A stretch of 64,000 nucleotides of DNA from an uncultured Pelagibacteraceae bacterium (lineage in GTDB: Bacteria > Pseudomonadota > Alphaproteobacteria > Pelagibacterales > Pelagibacteraceae): positions 5,951 to 69,950 of the forward strand of contig CACMBY010000007.1 in NCBI GenBank assembly GCA_902612065.1. Reading direction: 5' to 3'. The translations under genes and the position numbers were made by a program. The notes under the pieces were generated by a model. The model saw nothing but the letters and a program-made list of their open reading frames with translations. It was not told the DNA's origin and ran no database searches. This document shows positions 20,199 to 31,646 of the stretch, one piece after another (the first letter of the stretch is position 1; each line of letters starts with the position of its first letter).

Positions 20199-21640
20199 TG
20201 TCGAGTATTAACTTTTTAAAACCTGATAGAACTAACCTTAATACCTTTTTATATCTTGGTTCTTTTTTATTTTTTATTAGTATTTTAGATGTTTTTCTAA
20301 ATTCATTTTTTAGATTAAATTTAACTGGTTTTTTACCTAATTTTTTAAGTTTCTTATTACCTCTAATACTTGGTTTTGTTGGTCTTTATTTCATTCGAAT
20401 AGAATATAGTGGAATAAAAAATTTAGACCTCTTAAATAAACATATTAATACAAATAATTTTAATGCCGTTTTATCTTTACTGATAATATTCATAATCATC
20501 AAATCTCTACCACCTATATTAAGCTGGTTTGTTATCGATGCTAGTTTTGCTGGAGACACAAAAGATGTTTGTACAGGCTCTGGTGCATGCTGGACGTATA
20601 TTAAAGTTTGGATGAGAAGATTTATGTATGGAATGTATCCAAATGCAGAACAATGGAGAATTAATTTATCATTTGTGGCTTTAGTGTTACTAGGTTCTGT
20701 TGGATACTTTGCGACTGATAAATTTAAGAAATATTTAACACTTTATTATGTAGTTATTTATCCTTTAATTGCATTCCTATTTATCTTCTTTTTTATTTCA
20801 GGTGGCCCTGTATTTTTTGACTTTTCTTATGGGATTATTGCTGCAATTTTATCTATCATCATCGGTTTTTTTATTCCAAGTAAATTTAAGTTTTATTACT
20901 TTTTAATAGTTCCTTTAGCGCTGTATATAATTTTGAAATATTTTCTTTTTTTTGAAGAATACATTGAGCTTGGAAAATTAGATGGTTTAAATTGGGTTGA
21001 AACGGGTGCATGGGGAGGCTTATCTCTAACATTTATAATTTCTTTTTTCTGTCTTATTTTCTGTTTTCCAATTGGAATGGCTTTTGCTCTCGGACGAAGA
21101 TCAGAATTTCCATTAATTAGATATATATCAGTTGGTTTTATTGAATTCTGGAGAGGTGTTCCACTGATAACAGTTTTATTCATGTCTGCCGTAATGTTTC
21201 CAATGTTTTTACCAGAAGACTTTTTCATTGATAAATTAGTAAGAGCCATAATTGCAATTTCTTTATTTGAAGCTGCGTATGTTGCCGAAGTTATAAGAGG
21301 TGGCTTACAAGCTTTACCAAGAGGTCAGTACGAGGCTGCGAAATCATTAGGTATGGGTTATTGGAAAATGCATATTTTTGTAATTTTACCACAAGCTCTG
21401 AAATTAGTAATACCAGGAATAGCAAATACTTTCTTAGCATTAGTAAAAGACACTCCATTAATATTTGTTGTCGGATTATTAGAAATAGTTGGAATGTTAA
21501 ATTTAGCTAAAACAAATCCGAAATGGTTAGGATTTGCTATGGAAGGGTATGTATTTGCTGCTATAATTTTCTGGATTATTTGTTATGCAATGAGTAAATA
21601 TAGTTATAATCTAGAACAAAAATATAAAACCGATAGATAA
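20198..21640 (+). CDS. aapM: Amino-acid ABC permease (AapM/YhdY)
   Basis: WGGL, RGVPLITVLF, GQYEAA. Confidence 0.9.
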   Translation: MSSINFLKPDRTNLNTFLYLGSFLFFISILDVFLNSFFRLNLTGFLPNFLSFLLPLILGFVGLYFIRIEYSGIKNLDLLNKHINTNNFNAVLSLLIIFIIIKSLPPILSWFVIDASFAGDTKDVCTGSGACWTYIKVWMRRFMYGMYPNAEQWRINLSFVALVLLGSVGYFATDKFKKYLTLYYVVIYPLIAFLFIFFFISGGPVFFDFSYGIIAAILSIIIGFFIPSKFKFYYFLIVPLALYIILKYFLFFEEYIELGKLDGLNWVETGAWGGLSLTFIISFFCLIFCFPIGMAFALGRRSEFPLIRYISVGFIEFWRGVPLITVLFMSAVMFPMFLPEDFFIDKLVRAIIAISLFEAAYVAEVIRGGLQALPRGQYEAAKSLGMGYWKMHIFVILPQALKLVIPGIANTFLALVKDTPLIFVVGLLEIVGMLNLAKTNPKWLGFAMEGYVFAAIIFWIICYAMSKYSYNLEQKYKTDR

Positions 21641-21646
21641 AAATTT

Positions 21647-22381
21647 ATGTCAGATAGTATTATCCAAATAAGTAATATGAATAAGTGGTTTGGTGATTTC
21701 CAAGTTTTAAAAGGAATAAATTTAGAAGTTAAACCAAAAGAAAAAATTGTTGTTTGTGGTCCATCTGGGTCAGGAAAGTCTACATTAATTCGATGTATTA
21801 ATAGATTAGAAGAGCATCAAGAAGGTAATATTGTTGTTGATGGAACTGAATTAACAGAGGATACAAAAAATATTGAACAAATTAGAGCTGAAGTTGGAAT
21901 GGTATTTCAGCAATTTAATTTGTTTCCTCACTTATCTATTTTGGATAACTGCACATTAGCTCCTATTTGGGTTAAAAAAATGCCCAAAAAAGAGGCAGAA
22001 GAATTAGCATTAAAACATCTAGAAAGAGTGCAAATTCTTGATCAAGCACAAAAATATCCAGGACAATTATCTGGAGGACAACAACAAAGAGCTGCTATTG
22101 CAAGAGCTTTATGTATGGAGCCAAAAATAATGCTTTTTGACGAACCTACATCTGCTTTAGATCCTGAAATGATTAAAGAAGTGTTAGATGTTATGGTTAA
22201 TTTAGCAAAACAAGGAATGACTATGATCGTAGTTACACATGAAATGGGTTTTGCAAAAGAAGTTGCAGATCAAATGATATTTATGGATGAAGGAATGATA
22301 GTAGAAAAAGCTGATACCAAAGAATTTTTTGCTAATCCAAAGAGTGATAGAACCAAACTTTTCCTCAGCCAGATACTATAG
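21647..22381 (+). CDS. aapP: Amino-acid ABC ATPase (AapP/YhdZ)
   Basis: [27 protein letters not shown]. Confidence 0.93.
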   Translation: MSDSIIQISNMNKWFGDFQVLKGINLEVKPKEKIVVCGPSGSGKSTLIRCINRLEEHQEGNIVVDGTELTEDTKNIEQIRAEVGMVFQQFNLFPHLSILDNCTLAPIWVKKMPKKEAEELALKHLERVQILDQAQKYPGQLSGGQQQRAAIARALCMEPKIMLFDEPTSALDPEMIKEVLDVMVNLAKQGMTMIVVTHEMGFAKEVADQMIFMDEGMIVEKADTKEFFANPKSDRTKLFLSQIL

Positions 22382-22544
22382 TTCAAGCTAATTTCAAGAA
22401 ATATTTCTCAAATTATAGATGAAGTAATGCTTGACACATTTCCCTTAATACGGGTTTTTAAGCAAAAAAAATAAAAATTTATTGTTGCAGTAGGTATTAA
22501 AAACTAGTTGAATTAGTTTTTATAAAAAATTAAGAGGGGTCTTA

Positions 22545-22913
22545 ATGGAAGATAATTTTAATAAGCATTTAGGCAACAAGCTTAAGCTTAGAAGACTAGC
22601 ACTAGGTTTAACTCAAACTAAAGTAGCAAAAGCAATTAACGTAACATTTCAACAAATCCAAAAATATGAAAAAGGCACTAATGGAGTAAGTTCAATAAGA
22701 TTATTACAATTATCGAATTATCTTAAAGTGCCAATAAATTATTTTTTTGAGGATTTTTCAGAATATCTAATAAATTTAGAAAAATCACAAGAAGGGCATA
22801 TGAATGTAAATTATAATTTTTTAGTGAAATTATATTCTGAGTTAAATGCTGATCAAAAGTTAAAGTTTAATAAATCATTACAGGTAGCAGGTAATATTTC
22901 GAAGGTCGTTTAA
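22545..22913 (+). CDS. XRE-family HTH transcriptional regulator
   Basis: VTFQQIQKYEKGTN helix-turn-helix; AGAGGGG SD. Confidence 0.88.
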   Translation: MEDNFNKHLGNKLKLRRLALGLTQTKVAKAINVTFQQIQKYEKGTNGVSSIRLLQLSNYLKVPINYFFEDFSEYLINLEKSQEGHMNVNYNFLVKLYSELNADQKLKFNKSLQVAGNISKVV

Positions 22914-22917
22914 TTTC

Positions 22918-22993
22918 TGGCTCCTCGGGCAGGACTCGAACCTGCGACCAATTGATTAACAGTCAACTGCTCTACCAACTGAGCTACCGAGGA
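22918..22993 (-). tRNA. tRNA-Asn(GUU)
   Basis: Reverse complement TCCTCGG...CTGTTAA...GTTCGAG...CCGAGGAGCCA. Confidence 0.95.
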
Positions 22994-23043
22994 ATATTAA
23001 AATCTCAACTTACTTTTTTTTTTCACTAAAACAAGATTTTTTT

Positions 23044-23117
23044 TGGAGGCAACGCCCGGAATCGAACCGGGATACAAGGATTTGCAATCCTCTGCGTAAC
23101 CATTCCGCCACGTTGCC
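23044..23117 (-). tRNA. tRNA-Cys(GCA)
   Basis: Reverse complement GGCAACG...TTGCAAA...GTTCGAT...CGTTGCCTCCA. Confidence 0.95.
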
Positions 23118-23238
23118 ATATGTTTTAGAAGATAGCTACACTGAGTTTTATATAAAATATTTGCAATTAGTCTATTAAATAACGTTCCAATTTGATTATT
23201 GTTAATTTAGATTATTAAATTATAAACTAATAACACCC

Positions 23239-25866
23239 ATGATAAGCGATAAATATATACATTCAAAAGTTGAAGATAAAATTTATGGTTATTGGGAAAA
23301 AAACAAATTATTTAAACCACAAAAAAATTCAAAAAAATTTTCAATTGTAATTCCACCACCTAATGTAACTGGCAGTTTACATATGGGTCATGCTTTAAAT
23401 AATTCAATTCAAGATTTATTAGTTCGTTATTATCGAATGAATAATTATGAAACTTTATGGCAACCCGGAACTGATCATGCAGGTATAGCCACCCAAGCAC
23501 TCGTAGAGAAAAAATTAGAAAAAGAAAATTTAAGTAAAATTGACCTTGGTAGAGAAAAATTTATAGAAAAAGTATGGGAATGGAAAAATGAATATGGGGA
23601 CATAATCATTAATCAACTAAAGAAATTAGGATGTTCATGCGATTGGTCAAGAAATGCATTCACTATGGATGAAAATTTATCAAAATCAGTCATTAAGGTT
23701 TTTGTAGAATTACATAAAAAAAAATTGATTTATAAAGCTGAAAAACTTGTAAATTGGGACACTGTTTTAAAAACCGCAATTTCAGATTTGGAAGTAGATC
23801 AAAGAGAGATGAATTCTAAGATCTACTATATTAGATACCCAATAGACAATTCCTCTGAATTTATCACTATTGCCACAACAAGGCCTGAGACAATGTTAGG
23901 AGATACTGCGATTGCGGTAAATCCGAAGGATAAAAGATATAAAAATCATGTTGGCAAAACTGTCACAATACCAATCGTAGGTAGAAAAATAAAAATTATT
24001 AAAGATAATTATGCTGATCCAGAGCAAGGAACTGGAGCACTTAAGATCACGCCAGCACATGATTTTAATGACTATGATGTTGGTCAAAGAAATAAATTAG
24101 AAATAATTAATGTTTTTACGGAAGAAGGAAAAATAAATGATAATGCTCCAAAAGATTATATTGGCTTGGATAGGTTTGATGCCCGTAAAAAAATATTAAA
24201 TGAATTAAAAGAAAAAGATTTTTTTGTAAAAGAAGAAAACATCAAAAATAAAGTTCCATACGGCGATAGATCAAATTCAGTAATCGAGCCTTTTTTAACA
24301 GAACAATGGTTTGTTGATGCAAAGAAATTAGCGATCAAAGCTAAAAAAATTGTGAAGACAAAAAAAACAAATTTCTTTCCATCTAACTGGTCTAAAACTT
24401 ATTTTCAGTGGATGAACAATATTGAACCATGGTGTATTTCACGACAATTATGGTGGGGACATCAAATACCAGCTTGGTATGGACCTGATCAAAAAATCTT
24501 TGTTGCGATCAATGAAAATGATGCAATTAAACAAGCAAAAAAATATTATAAAAAAGATGTAAAACTTTCTAGAGATCCTGATGTTTTGGACACTTGGTTT
24601 TCCTCAGGATTATGGCCATTCGCAACTTTAGGTTGGCCTGATAAAAAAGATTATGTAAAGAAATTTTATCCAACAACAGTTTTAGTAACAGGTTTTGATA
24701 TTATTTTTTTCTGGGTAGCTAGAATGATTATGTTTGGTATGGAATTTTTAAACAAAGAACCATTCAAAGATATTTATGTACACGCGTTAGTAAGAGATGA
24801 AAAAGGACAAAAAATGTCTAAGTCAAAAGGAAATGTAATTGATCCATTAGATCTAATTGAAAAATATAGTGCAGATGCATTACGTTTTACTTTACTTTCT
24901 ATGGCGTCTCCAGGTACTGACGTTAAACTTTCAGAAGATAGAGTTAAAGGATATAGAAACTTTTTAAATAAATTATGGAATGCTAATAATTTTTTAATTA
25001 CTAATAAATGTGATTTTAAAAAAACCAACAAAGTTCCAAAAATCTCATTAAATATCAATAAATGGATCTATTCGGAGTTAATAGAGACTAAAAATAAAAT
25101 TCAAAAAAATATTGAAGATTATCGATTTGATGAGGCAGCAAAAAATGCTTATCAATTTGCATGGCACTCATATTGCGACTGGTATATTGAGCTGTCTAAA
25201 ACAATTCTATACTCTGAGGATAAAAAGGCAAAAACAGAGGTAAAAGAAATTTCTGCTTATGTTTTTAAGCAAATATTGGTTATGCTTCATCCTTTCATAC
25301 CATTTGTAACCGAGGAAATATGGTTAAAGAACAAATTTGATGAGTCTAATAAAAATTTCCTTATGTATAAAAATTGGCCTACTGGAAAAATTAAAAAAGA
25401 CCAATCTCTTAAAGAAGTTGAAAAAATTATCAAAATTATCTCTGAATTAAGATCATTTAAAAATGAATTAAATGTCAGTCCTGGTTCATTTGTTGATGTT
25501 GCAATTAACAAAATTGCTAAAAAGAATAAATCATTAGTTAATAATAATGATGTTATTTTAAAAAAACTGGGTCGTATCAACAATTTTTTTGATAAAGAAC
25601 AGGATAAACCCTCTGCAACACTTGTTATTTCTGGGGACATTTTTAAGATTTATTTTGATGAAAATGTTGATCTAAATTTGATTAAAGAAAACTTACAAAA
25701 ACGTCAGAACAAATATCAAGACGAACTAGATAAGATTTCTCAACGATTATCTAATAAAGGCTTTACAGATAGAGCACCAAAAAATATTGTTGAACAAGAA
25801 AAAACTAACTATAGTAGTCTTAAAGATAATATCAAAAAAATATCTTTAACTATTGAGAGTTTATAA
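23239..25866 (+). CDS. valS: Valyl-tRNA synthetase
   Basis: [19 protein letters not shown]-terminal coiled coil. Confidence 0.97.
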   Translation: MISDKYIHSKVEDKIYGYWEKNKLFKPQKNSKKFSIVIPPPNVTGSLHMGHALNNSIQDLLVRYYRMNNYETLWQPGTDHAGIATQALVEKKLEKENLSKIDLGREKFIEKVWEWKNEYGDIIINQLKKLGCSCDWSRNAFTMDENLSKSVIKVFVELHKKKLIYKAEKLVNWDTVLKTAISDLEVDQREMNSKIYYIRYPIDNSSEFITIATTRPETMLGDTAIAVNPKDKRYKNHVGKTVTIPIVGRKIKIIKDNYADPEQGTGALKITPAHDFNDYDVGQRNKLEIINVFTEEGKINDNAPKDYIGLDRFDARKKILNELKEKDFFVKEENIKNKVPYGDRSNSVIEPFLTEQWFVDAKKLAIKAKKIVKTKKTNFFPSNWSKTYFQWMNNIEPWCISRQLWWGHQIPAWYGPDQKIFVAINENDAIKQAKKYYKKDVKLSRDPDVLDTWFSSGLWPFATLGWPDKKDYVKKFYPTTVLVTGFDIIFFWVARMIMFGMEFLNKEPFKDIYVHALVRDEKGQKMSKSKGNVIDPLDLIEKYSADALRFTLLSMASPGTDVKLSEDRVKGYRNFLNKLWNANNFLITNKCDFKKTNKVPKISLNINKWIYSELIETKNKIQKNIEDYRFDEAAKNAYQFAWHSYCDWYIELSKTILYSEDKKAKTEVKEISAYVFKQILVMLHPFIPFVTEEIWLKNKFDESNKNFLMYKNWPTGKIKKDQSLKEVEKIIKIISELRSFKNELNVSPGSFVDVAINKIAKKNKSLVNNNDVILKKLGRINNFFDKEQDKPSATLVISGDIFKIYFDENVDLNLIKENLQKRQNKYQDELDKISQRLSNKGFTDRAPKNIVEQEKTNYSSLKDNIKKISLTIESL

Positions 25867-27584
25867 TGCGGAAATTTAATAAAAAAAAATTACCTAGTAG
25901 ACATACATCCTTAGGTCCAGATAGAGCACCTCATAGATCTTTTTATTATGCAATGGGTGAAACTGAAAAAGATGTATCAAAACCATTTATAGGAGTTGTA
26001 TCAACTTGGAATGAGGCTGCTCCTTGCAATATTGCCCTTATGCGACAAGCGCAATCAGTGAAAAAGGGTGTGAGAGCATCAGGAGGGACACCAAGAGAAT
26101 TTTGCACAATTACTGTTACTGATGGTATTGCCATGGGTCATGAAGGAATGAAATCGTCTTTAATTTCAAGAGAAGTCATAGCTGATAGTGCTGAATTAAC
26201 TGTAAGAGGTCATTGTTATGATGCATTAGTAGGTATTGCAGGTTGTGATAAATCTTTACCAGGATTAATGATGTCCATGGTTAGATTAAATGTACCTAGT
26301 GTATTTATATATGGTGGCTCAATCCTTCCGGGAAAATATAAAGGTAAAGATGTAACTGTTGTTGATGTTTTTGAAGCGGTTGGAAAACATTCATCAGGTC
26401 AAATGTCTGCAAAAGAATTAAGAAAATTAGAATTAGTAGCTTGTCCTACAGCGGGTGCGTGTGGTGGTCAGTTTACAGCTAATACTATGGCATGTGTTTC
26501 AGAAGCAATCGGTTTGGCATTACCTTATTCGGCAGGAACACCAGCTCCATATGAGGAAAGAGATAAATATGCAAAAGCAAGTGGTCGAATGGTTATGGAA
26601 TTATTAGCTAAAAAAATTAAACCAAGAGATATCGTTACAAGAAAAGCATTAGAAAATGCCGCAACAATTGTTGCTGCAACTGGAGGTTCAACCAATGCAG
26701 CATTACATTTACCAGCAATTGCAAATGAAGCTGGAATAAAATTTGACCTAATGGATGTTGCAAAAATATTTAAAAGAACTCCATATCTTGCAGATTTAAA
26801 ACCAGGTGGAAAATATGTTGCTAAAGATATGTGGTTAGCGGGTGGTGTACCAATGCTTTTAAAAACTCTTTACGATGGTGGATATATTCATGGAGATTGC
26901 ATGACCGTTACAGGTAAAACTATGAAAGAAAATTTAAAAGGTATTAAATTTAATCCTAAACAAAAAGTTTTAAGAGCTTATAACAGACCTTTATCACCAG
27001 ATGGTGGTGTTGTAGGATTAAAAGGAAATTTAGCTCCAGAAGGTGCAATTGTAAAAATTGCGGGTCTAAAAAAATTACAATTTACTGGAAGAGCAAGATG
27101 TTTTGATAACGAAGAAAGTGCAATGAAAGCTGTTCAAAGCAGAAAATATAAAGATGGTGATGTGATAATTATTAGATACGAAGGCCCAGTTGGTGGACCA
27201 GGTATGAGAGAAATGCTTTCAACAACTGGTGCAATTTATGGTCAAGGTAAAGGCGAGAAAGTTGCTTTAATCACTGATGGAAGATTTTCTGGCGCAACAA
27301 GAGGATTTTGTGTTGGTCACGTAGGTCCAGAGGCAGCTTTAGGAGGACCGATTGCTCTTTTACGTAATGGTGATTTAATTGATATTGATGCTAAAAAAGG
27401 AACAATTAATGTTCGTTTAACAAGAGCACAATTAGCATCAAGAAAAAGAAAGTGGAAGGCTAAAAAATCTGATTTTGGCTCGGGAACTCTTTGGAAATAT
27501 GCACAAACAGTCGGGCCAGCAAGTTTAGGAGCCCCAACTCATCCTGGTAAGAAAAAAGAAGTTAAGGAATATTCAAAAATTTAA
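25866..27584 (+). CDS. ilvD: Dihydroxy-acid dehydratase
   Basis: PCN, GCDKS, GGSTN, TDGRFSG. Confidence 0.95.
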   Translation: MRKFNKKKLPSRHTSLGPDRAPHRSFYYAMGETEKDVSKPFIGVVSTWNEAAPCNIALMRQAQSVKKGVRASGGTPREFCTITVTDGIAMGHEGMKSSLISREVIADSAELTVRGHCYDALVGIAGCDKSLPGLMMSMVRLNVPSVFIYGGSILPGKYKGKDVTVVDVFEAVGKHSSGQMSAKELRKLELVACPTAGACGGQFTANTMACVSEAIGLALPYSAGTPAPYEERDKYAKASGRMVMELLAKKIKPRDIVTRKALENAATIVAATGGSTNAALHLPAIANEAGIKFDLMDVAKIFKRTPYLADLKPGGKYVAKDMWLAGGVPMLLKTLYDGGYIHGDCMTVTGKTMKENLKGIKFNPKQKVLRAYNRPLSPDGGVVGLKGNLAPEGAIVKIAGLKKLQFTGRARCFDNEESAMKAVQSRKYKDGDVIIIRYEGPVGGPGMREMLSTTGAIYGQGKGEKVALITDGRFSGATRGFCVGHVGPEAALGGPIALLRNGDLIDIDAKKGTINVRLTRAQLASRKRKWKAKKSDFGSGTLWKYAQTVGPASLGAPTHPGKKKEVKEYSKI

Positions 27585-28774
27585 TGAAAATTCGCCCAGT
27601 TATTTTATGTGGTGGCGCTGGAACAAGACTTTGGCCAAAGGCTAAAAAACATCAAGCAAAACAATTTATTGATTTTGGTAATTGGACTTTATTGGGCAAA
27701 ACTTTAGAGAGAGTTAAAGCATCTATATATGATGCACCAATTATAAGTACTAATGCAAAATATTTAAGACAAGTAAAACAACATCTAAAGAAACACAAAA
27801 TAAGAAAATTTAAGATAGTTTTAGAGCCAGCAAAAAGAAATACAGCACCCGCTATATTAAGTACGGCTTTAATTAAAGACATTCCAAACAAACAACCATT
27901 AATGTTTTTGGCTGCTGATCATTTGATAGAAAAAGTTGGTTTATTCAATAAAGCTATCAAAAAAAATCAAAAGAAACTTACTCAAAACAATATTTTTATT
28001 TTTGGAATAAAACCTAGAATGCCCTCAAGTGAATTTGGTTATTTTTTAACCAGAAATAATAAAGTATCTAGATTTGTAGAAAAACCTAAAGAGGCTAAAG
28101 CTAAACAAATAATTAGTAAAAAAGGTTATTGGAATTCTGGAATGTTTTATTTGAGAAAAGACTCAATAATAAATAATTTTAAGAAATACCAACCAAATAT
28201 TTATCGAAATTGTAATAAAGCAGTATTAAAAGCAAAATATAAAAGTAATGTATATTATTTAAACAAACAATCTTTCACAAAAGCAAAAGCCAAGTCTTTT
28301 GACTATGCAATATTAGAAAAAACCAAAGATATAAATGCTATCAAATTAGATATTCCTTGGTCTGATTTAGGGTCTTGGAAAGAAATCTGTAAGATGTATG
28401 GGCGAAATAAAAGATATTATTTTAAAAAGAAGAATGTATTTCATAGACCTTGGGGTAGTTATGTTAATTTATTTAATGGTAAAGAGTTCTTGATTAAAGA
28501 ATTATATGTAAAACCCAAAGGTATATTAAGTCTTCAGAAACATCATCATAGAGCTGAGCACTGGGTAGTTACTCATGGTAAACCTAAAATTACTTTAAAT
28601 AAAAAATATTTTACCATGAAACCTGATGAAACTATTTTTATACCATTAGGCGCAATCCATAGAATAGAAAATCCCTACAAAAAACCAGTAAAAATAATTG
28701 AAGCTCAAGTAGGCTCGATTTTAAAAGAAACAGATATAGTGAGATATCAAGATATTTATGGCAGAGTAAAATAA
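27584..28774 (+). CDS. manC: Mannose-1-phosphate guanylyltransferase with cupin (isomerase) domain
   Basis: GGAGTRLWP, FVEKP, WSDLGSW, RPWG, SLQKHHHRAEHW. Confidence 0.9.
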   Translation: MKIRPVILCGGAGTRLWPKAKKHQAKQFIDFGNWTLLGKTLERVKASIYDAPIISTNAKYLRQVKQHLKKHKIRKFKIVLEPAKRNTAPAILSTALIKDIPNKQPLMFLAADHLIEKVGLFNKAIKKNQKKLTQNNIFIFGIKPRMPSSEFGYFLTRNNKVSRFVEKPKEAKAKQIISKKGYWNSGMFYLRKDSIINNFKKYQPNIYRNCNKAVLKAKYKSNVYYLNKQSFTKAKAKSFDYAILEKTKDINAIKLDIPWSDLGSWKEICKMYGRNKRYYFKKKNVFHRPWGSYVNLFNGKEFLIKELYVKPKGILSLQKHHHRAEHWVVTHGKPKITLNKKYFTMKPDETIFIPLGAIHRIENPYKKPVKIIEAQVGSILKETDIVRYQDIYGRVK

Positions 28775-29659
28775 TTATTTTACAAGAAAATTCACTTTTT
28801 TATTTGATAGATTTAAATGAATTTTTTTATATGAACCAAAATTATCTCCATCAATTTGAACAGGTATCAAATCATTTCCATCAATTGTAATGTTTTGTGA
28901 ATAAGTAGTAATAACATTTTTATTTTTACTTAAATCACCATTAAGAATTATTAAAAATATAGAATATAATAAATTGATCCTAGTTAAATCCTTAAATATA
29001 TATGTGACTATTTTATTTTCAAAAATATTTGTTTTATTTATTTTATGATGTCCAGCGTAATATTTGGTATTTGAAGATAATATCCAGTCTGCTTGATAAA
29101 ATTGTCCATCAAAAGTAACATTTAATTTTTTATTATTCATAAACAAGAAATATTGAAAACCTTTGATACCAAATATCACTTTTCCAAGAATTTTTTTAAT
29201 TTTTGAATTAATTGAATGAACAATTTTTGCATCCCATCCTATACCAGCCATTAAAAAGAAATAATTCTCGTTAATTTTTACAAGATTAGAGGATTTATAA
29301 TTATTAGAAATCAATACATTGACTATATCATCAATCTTTTTATTCATTGATAATTCAGCTTGCAATAAATTTGCTGTCCCAGCAGGTATATAGCCTATAG
29401 CAAAATCGTCTTTAAAATTAAAATCATTCTTTATTAATTCATTAATTGCAAAAGAAACAGACCCATCTCCACCAGCAACTATTAATCGATCATAATTTTT
29501 TTGATTAAAGTTTTTAAAAATTTTCTTAGCTTGATTTATTGTTTTGGTCTCAAAGTATTCTACTGAATTATTTTCTTTTAACTTAGATAAAACCCTATTT
29601 ATGAATTTTGATTTTCTTCCAGAGGAAGAGTTTTGATTGTAAATTAAACAATACAACAT
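28775..29659 (-). CDS. Diacylglycerol/lipid kinase family protein (DgkB/YegS-like)
   Basis: GGDGS, PAGTAN, GIGWDA, QIDGD motifs. Confidence 0.85.
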   Translation of the reverse strand: MLYCLIYNQNSSSGRKSKFINRVLSKLKENNSVEYFETKTINQAKKIFKNFNQKNYDRLIVAGGDGSVSFAINELIKNDFNFKDDFAIGYIPAGTANLLQAELSMNKKIDDIVNVLISNNYKSSNLVKINENYFFLMAGIGWDAKIVHSINSKIKKILGKVIFGIKGFQYFLFMNNKKLNVTFDGQFYQADWILSSNTKYYAGHHKINKTNIFENKIVTYIFKDLTRINLLYSIFLIILNGDLSKNKNVITTYSQNITIDGNDLIPVQIDGDNFGSYKKIHLNLSNKKVNFLVK

Positions 29660-29667
29660 AATTAATC

Positions 29668-29695
29668 CTTAAAAAATTTTTAACAAATTTGTAAC
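29668..29695 (+). promoter_or_regulatory. Pho box array upstream of plcP
   Basis: CTTAAA(29668)/TTTAAC(29679)/TGTAAC(29690) at 11-bp period. Confidence 0.7.
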
Positions 29696-29726
29696 ATTTA
29701 AATGAGATAAGAAATACATGATTCGT

Positions 29727-29743
29727 GTTACAGTTGTATTAAA
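29727..29743 (-). promoter_or_regulatory. Pho box oriented toward the lipid kinase gene
   Basis: Minus strand reads TTTAAT-ACAAC-TGTAAC (11-bp period). Confidence 0.6.
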
Positions 29744-29757
29744 ATATAGGCCTTTAA

Positions 29758-30570
29758 ATGCCTAACATACTTAAATACAAAAGCATTTTTATTTCTGATG
29801 TGCATTTGGGTACCAAGGGTTGTCAGGCGAAAAAACTTTTAGAGTTTTTTAAAAACTCAAGATCTGAAAATCTTTATCTTGTAGGAGACATTATAGATGT
29901 CTGGGAAATGCAAAAAAGTTTTTTTTGGCCTCAAGAACATAATGATGTAATCCAAAAAATTTTAAGAAAAGCAAGACATGGCACTAAAGTTTTCTATATT
30001 ATGGGCAACCATGATGAAATGTTAAGAAAATTTATTCCAATGAATTTTGGTGACATCCATATGGTTAATAGAGTTATTCATGAGACAAATGCTGGAAAAA
30101 AATATGTTGTTGTTCATGGTGATGCTTGGGATGGTGTTATGAAACATGCTAAATGGCTATCTAAACTTGGATCAATAGCTTACAATTTATTGTTACAAAT
30201 AAATGTAATAATTAATTTCTTTAGAAGGTTGAGAGGAAAAGAATATTGGTCTCTTGCAAAATATTTAAAATATAAGGTTAAGAACGCCGTCAAATATATT
30301 GGTGAATATGAAAAAACACTCTCAGATTATGCAAAAAGAAAAAAATTTGATGGAATAATTTGTGGCCATATCCATCATGCTGAGGATAGAGATTTTAATG
30401 GGGTCAATTATTTAAATTGTGGAGACTGGGTAGAATCTTGCACTGCATTAGCCGAAAATTACGATGGTAGCTTTGAAATATTATATTGGGATAAAATAAG
30501 AGAACAATATTTAGACACTCAAGAAATAATTAAACCTATTAAAAATGAAGACTTAAAAAAAGCTTCGTAA
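29758..30570 (+). CDS. plcP: PlcP-type phospholipase C (LpxH-like metallophosphoesterase) for lipid remodelling
   Basis: ISDVHLG, GDIID, GNHD, HGD, CGHIHH, NCGDWVES; paired with a glycosyltransferase behind a Pho box. Confidence 0.85.
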   Translation: MPNILKYKSIFISDVHLGTKGCQAKKLLEFFKNSRSENLYLVGDIIDVWEMQKSFFWPQEHNDVIQKILRKARHGTKVFYIMGNHDEMLRKFIPMNFGDIHMVNRVIHETNAGKKYVVVHGDAWDGVMKHAKWLSKLGSIAYNLLLQINVIINFFRRLRGKEYWSLAKYLKYKVKNAVKYIGEYEKTLSDYAKRKKFDGIICGHIHHAEDRDFNGVNYLNCGDWVESCTALAENYDGSFEILYWDKIREQYLDTQEIIKPIKNEDLKKAS

Positions 30571-30573
30571 TTA

Positions 30574-31581
30574 ATGAAAATTTTAATCGCAACAGATGCA
30601 TATTTTCCACAAGTAAATGGTGTTGTAAGAACCTTGCATGAAACAGGTAAAATTTTAAAAGAACAAGGTCATAGAATAGAATATATCACACCAGAATTAT
30701 TTTTAACTTTTCCGATGCCAAAATATAATGAAATTAGAATATCTATTAATGTTTGGCCAAGAGTTGGTAGCTTAATAAAGAAAATAAAACCTGATGCAAT
30801 TCATATAGCTACTGAAGGTCCTATAGGGACTATGGCAAGAAGATATTGTTTGAAGAATAAACTAAAGTTTACCACAAGTTTTCATACAAGATTTGATAAA
30901 TATCTTAAGCTTTACTTTCCTATTATACCCGCAAAATGGGCTGAAAAATTCTTAGCAAACTTTCATAACAAGGCTGAGAGAATCTTAGTAACAACAGAGT
31001 CTATGAGAAAAGAATTAATCGATATAGGTATAGATAATAATAAAATGATTACTTGGACAAGAGGAGGCAATCATGGAGCTTTTAAGAGTCCGAAAAAAAT
31101 TGATTTACCACATAAAAGACCGATTTGGATTTATGTTGGAAGAGTTGCAGTTGAAAAAAACATAAGAGCTTTTTTAGAATGTGATTTAGAGGGTACAAAA
31201 ATGATAATAGGAAAGGGACCTGATTTAAAAAAATTAAAAAAAGAATTTCCTAAAGATATTTTTTTAGGAGAAAAAACAAACGGTGAATTAGCGTCTCATT
31301 TTGCATCTTCCGATGTTTTTGTATTTCCAAGTAAAACAGATACATTTGGAATTGTAGTTTGTGAGTCTTTAAATTGCGGAACACCTGTAGCTGCTTATCC
31401 TGTTCCAGGTCCTAAAGATATATTTGAGGGTTCCAAAATAAATTGTTTAGATAATGATCTTAAAGTTTCAGCTCATAAAGCTTTGAAAGTTAATAGAAAT
31501 GATTGTCTTGAATTTGCAAAAAAATTCACTTGGGAAGAAACAGCAAAAATATTTTTTAACAATATTTCACCAAATCATTAG
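30574..31581 (+). CDS. agt: GT4 glycosyltransferase Agt (glycosyl/glucuronosyl-DAG synthase)
   Basis: TDAYFPQVNGVV, HIATEGP, YVGRVAVEKN, FPSKTDTFG; directly after plcP. Confidence 0.8.
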   Translation: MKILIATDAYFPQVNGVVRTLHETGKILKEQGHRIEYITPELFLTFPMPKYNEIRISINVWPRVGSLIKKIKPDAIHIATEGPIGTMARRYCLKNKLKFTTSFHTRFDKYLKLYFPIIPAKWAEKFLANFHNKAERILVTTESMRKELIDIGIDNNKMITWTRGGNHGAFKSPKKIDLPHKRPIWIYVGRVAVEKNIRAFLECDLEGTKMIIGKGPDLKKLKKEFPKDIFLGEKTNGELASHFASSDVFVFPSKTDTFGIVVCESLNCGTPVAAYPVPGPKDIFEGSKINCLDNDLKVSAHKALKVNRNDCLEFAKKFTWEETAKIFFNNISPNH

Positions 31582-31646
31582 TTAATTTTTCCTTAATTTA
31601 TTTGCATTAAAAAGTGTAATGATGCAAAATTAAGCCGTCTAAATTT

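Noticed and set aside
17690-23117. tRNA-bounded aap region as an integrated element
   Set aside because: No integrase and no duplicated tRNA 3' end seen; gene content is ordinary.
31601-31628. Imperfect inverted repeat TTTGCATTA...TGATGCAAA and a lone TGTAAT before phoR
   Set aside because: No phased second repeat and a weak stem without U-tract; cannot be assigned as Pho box or terminator.
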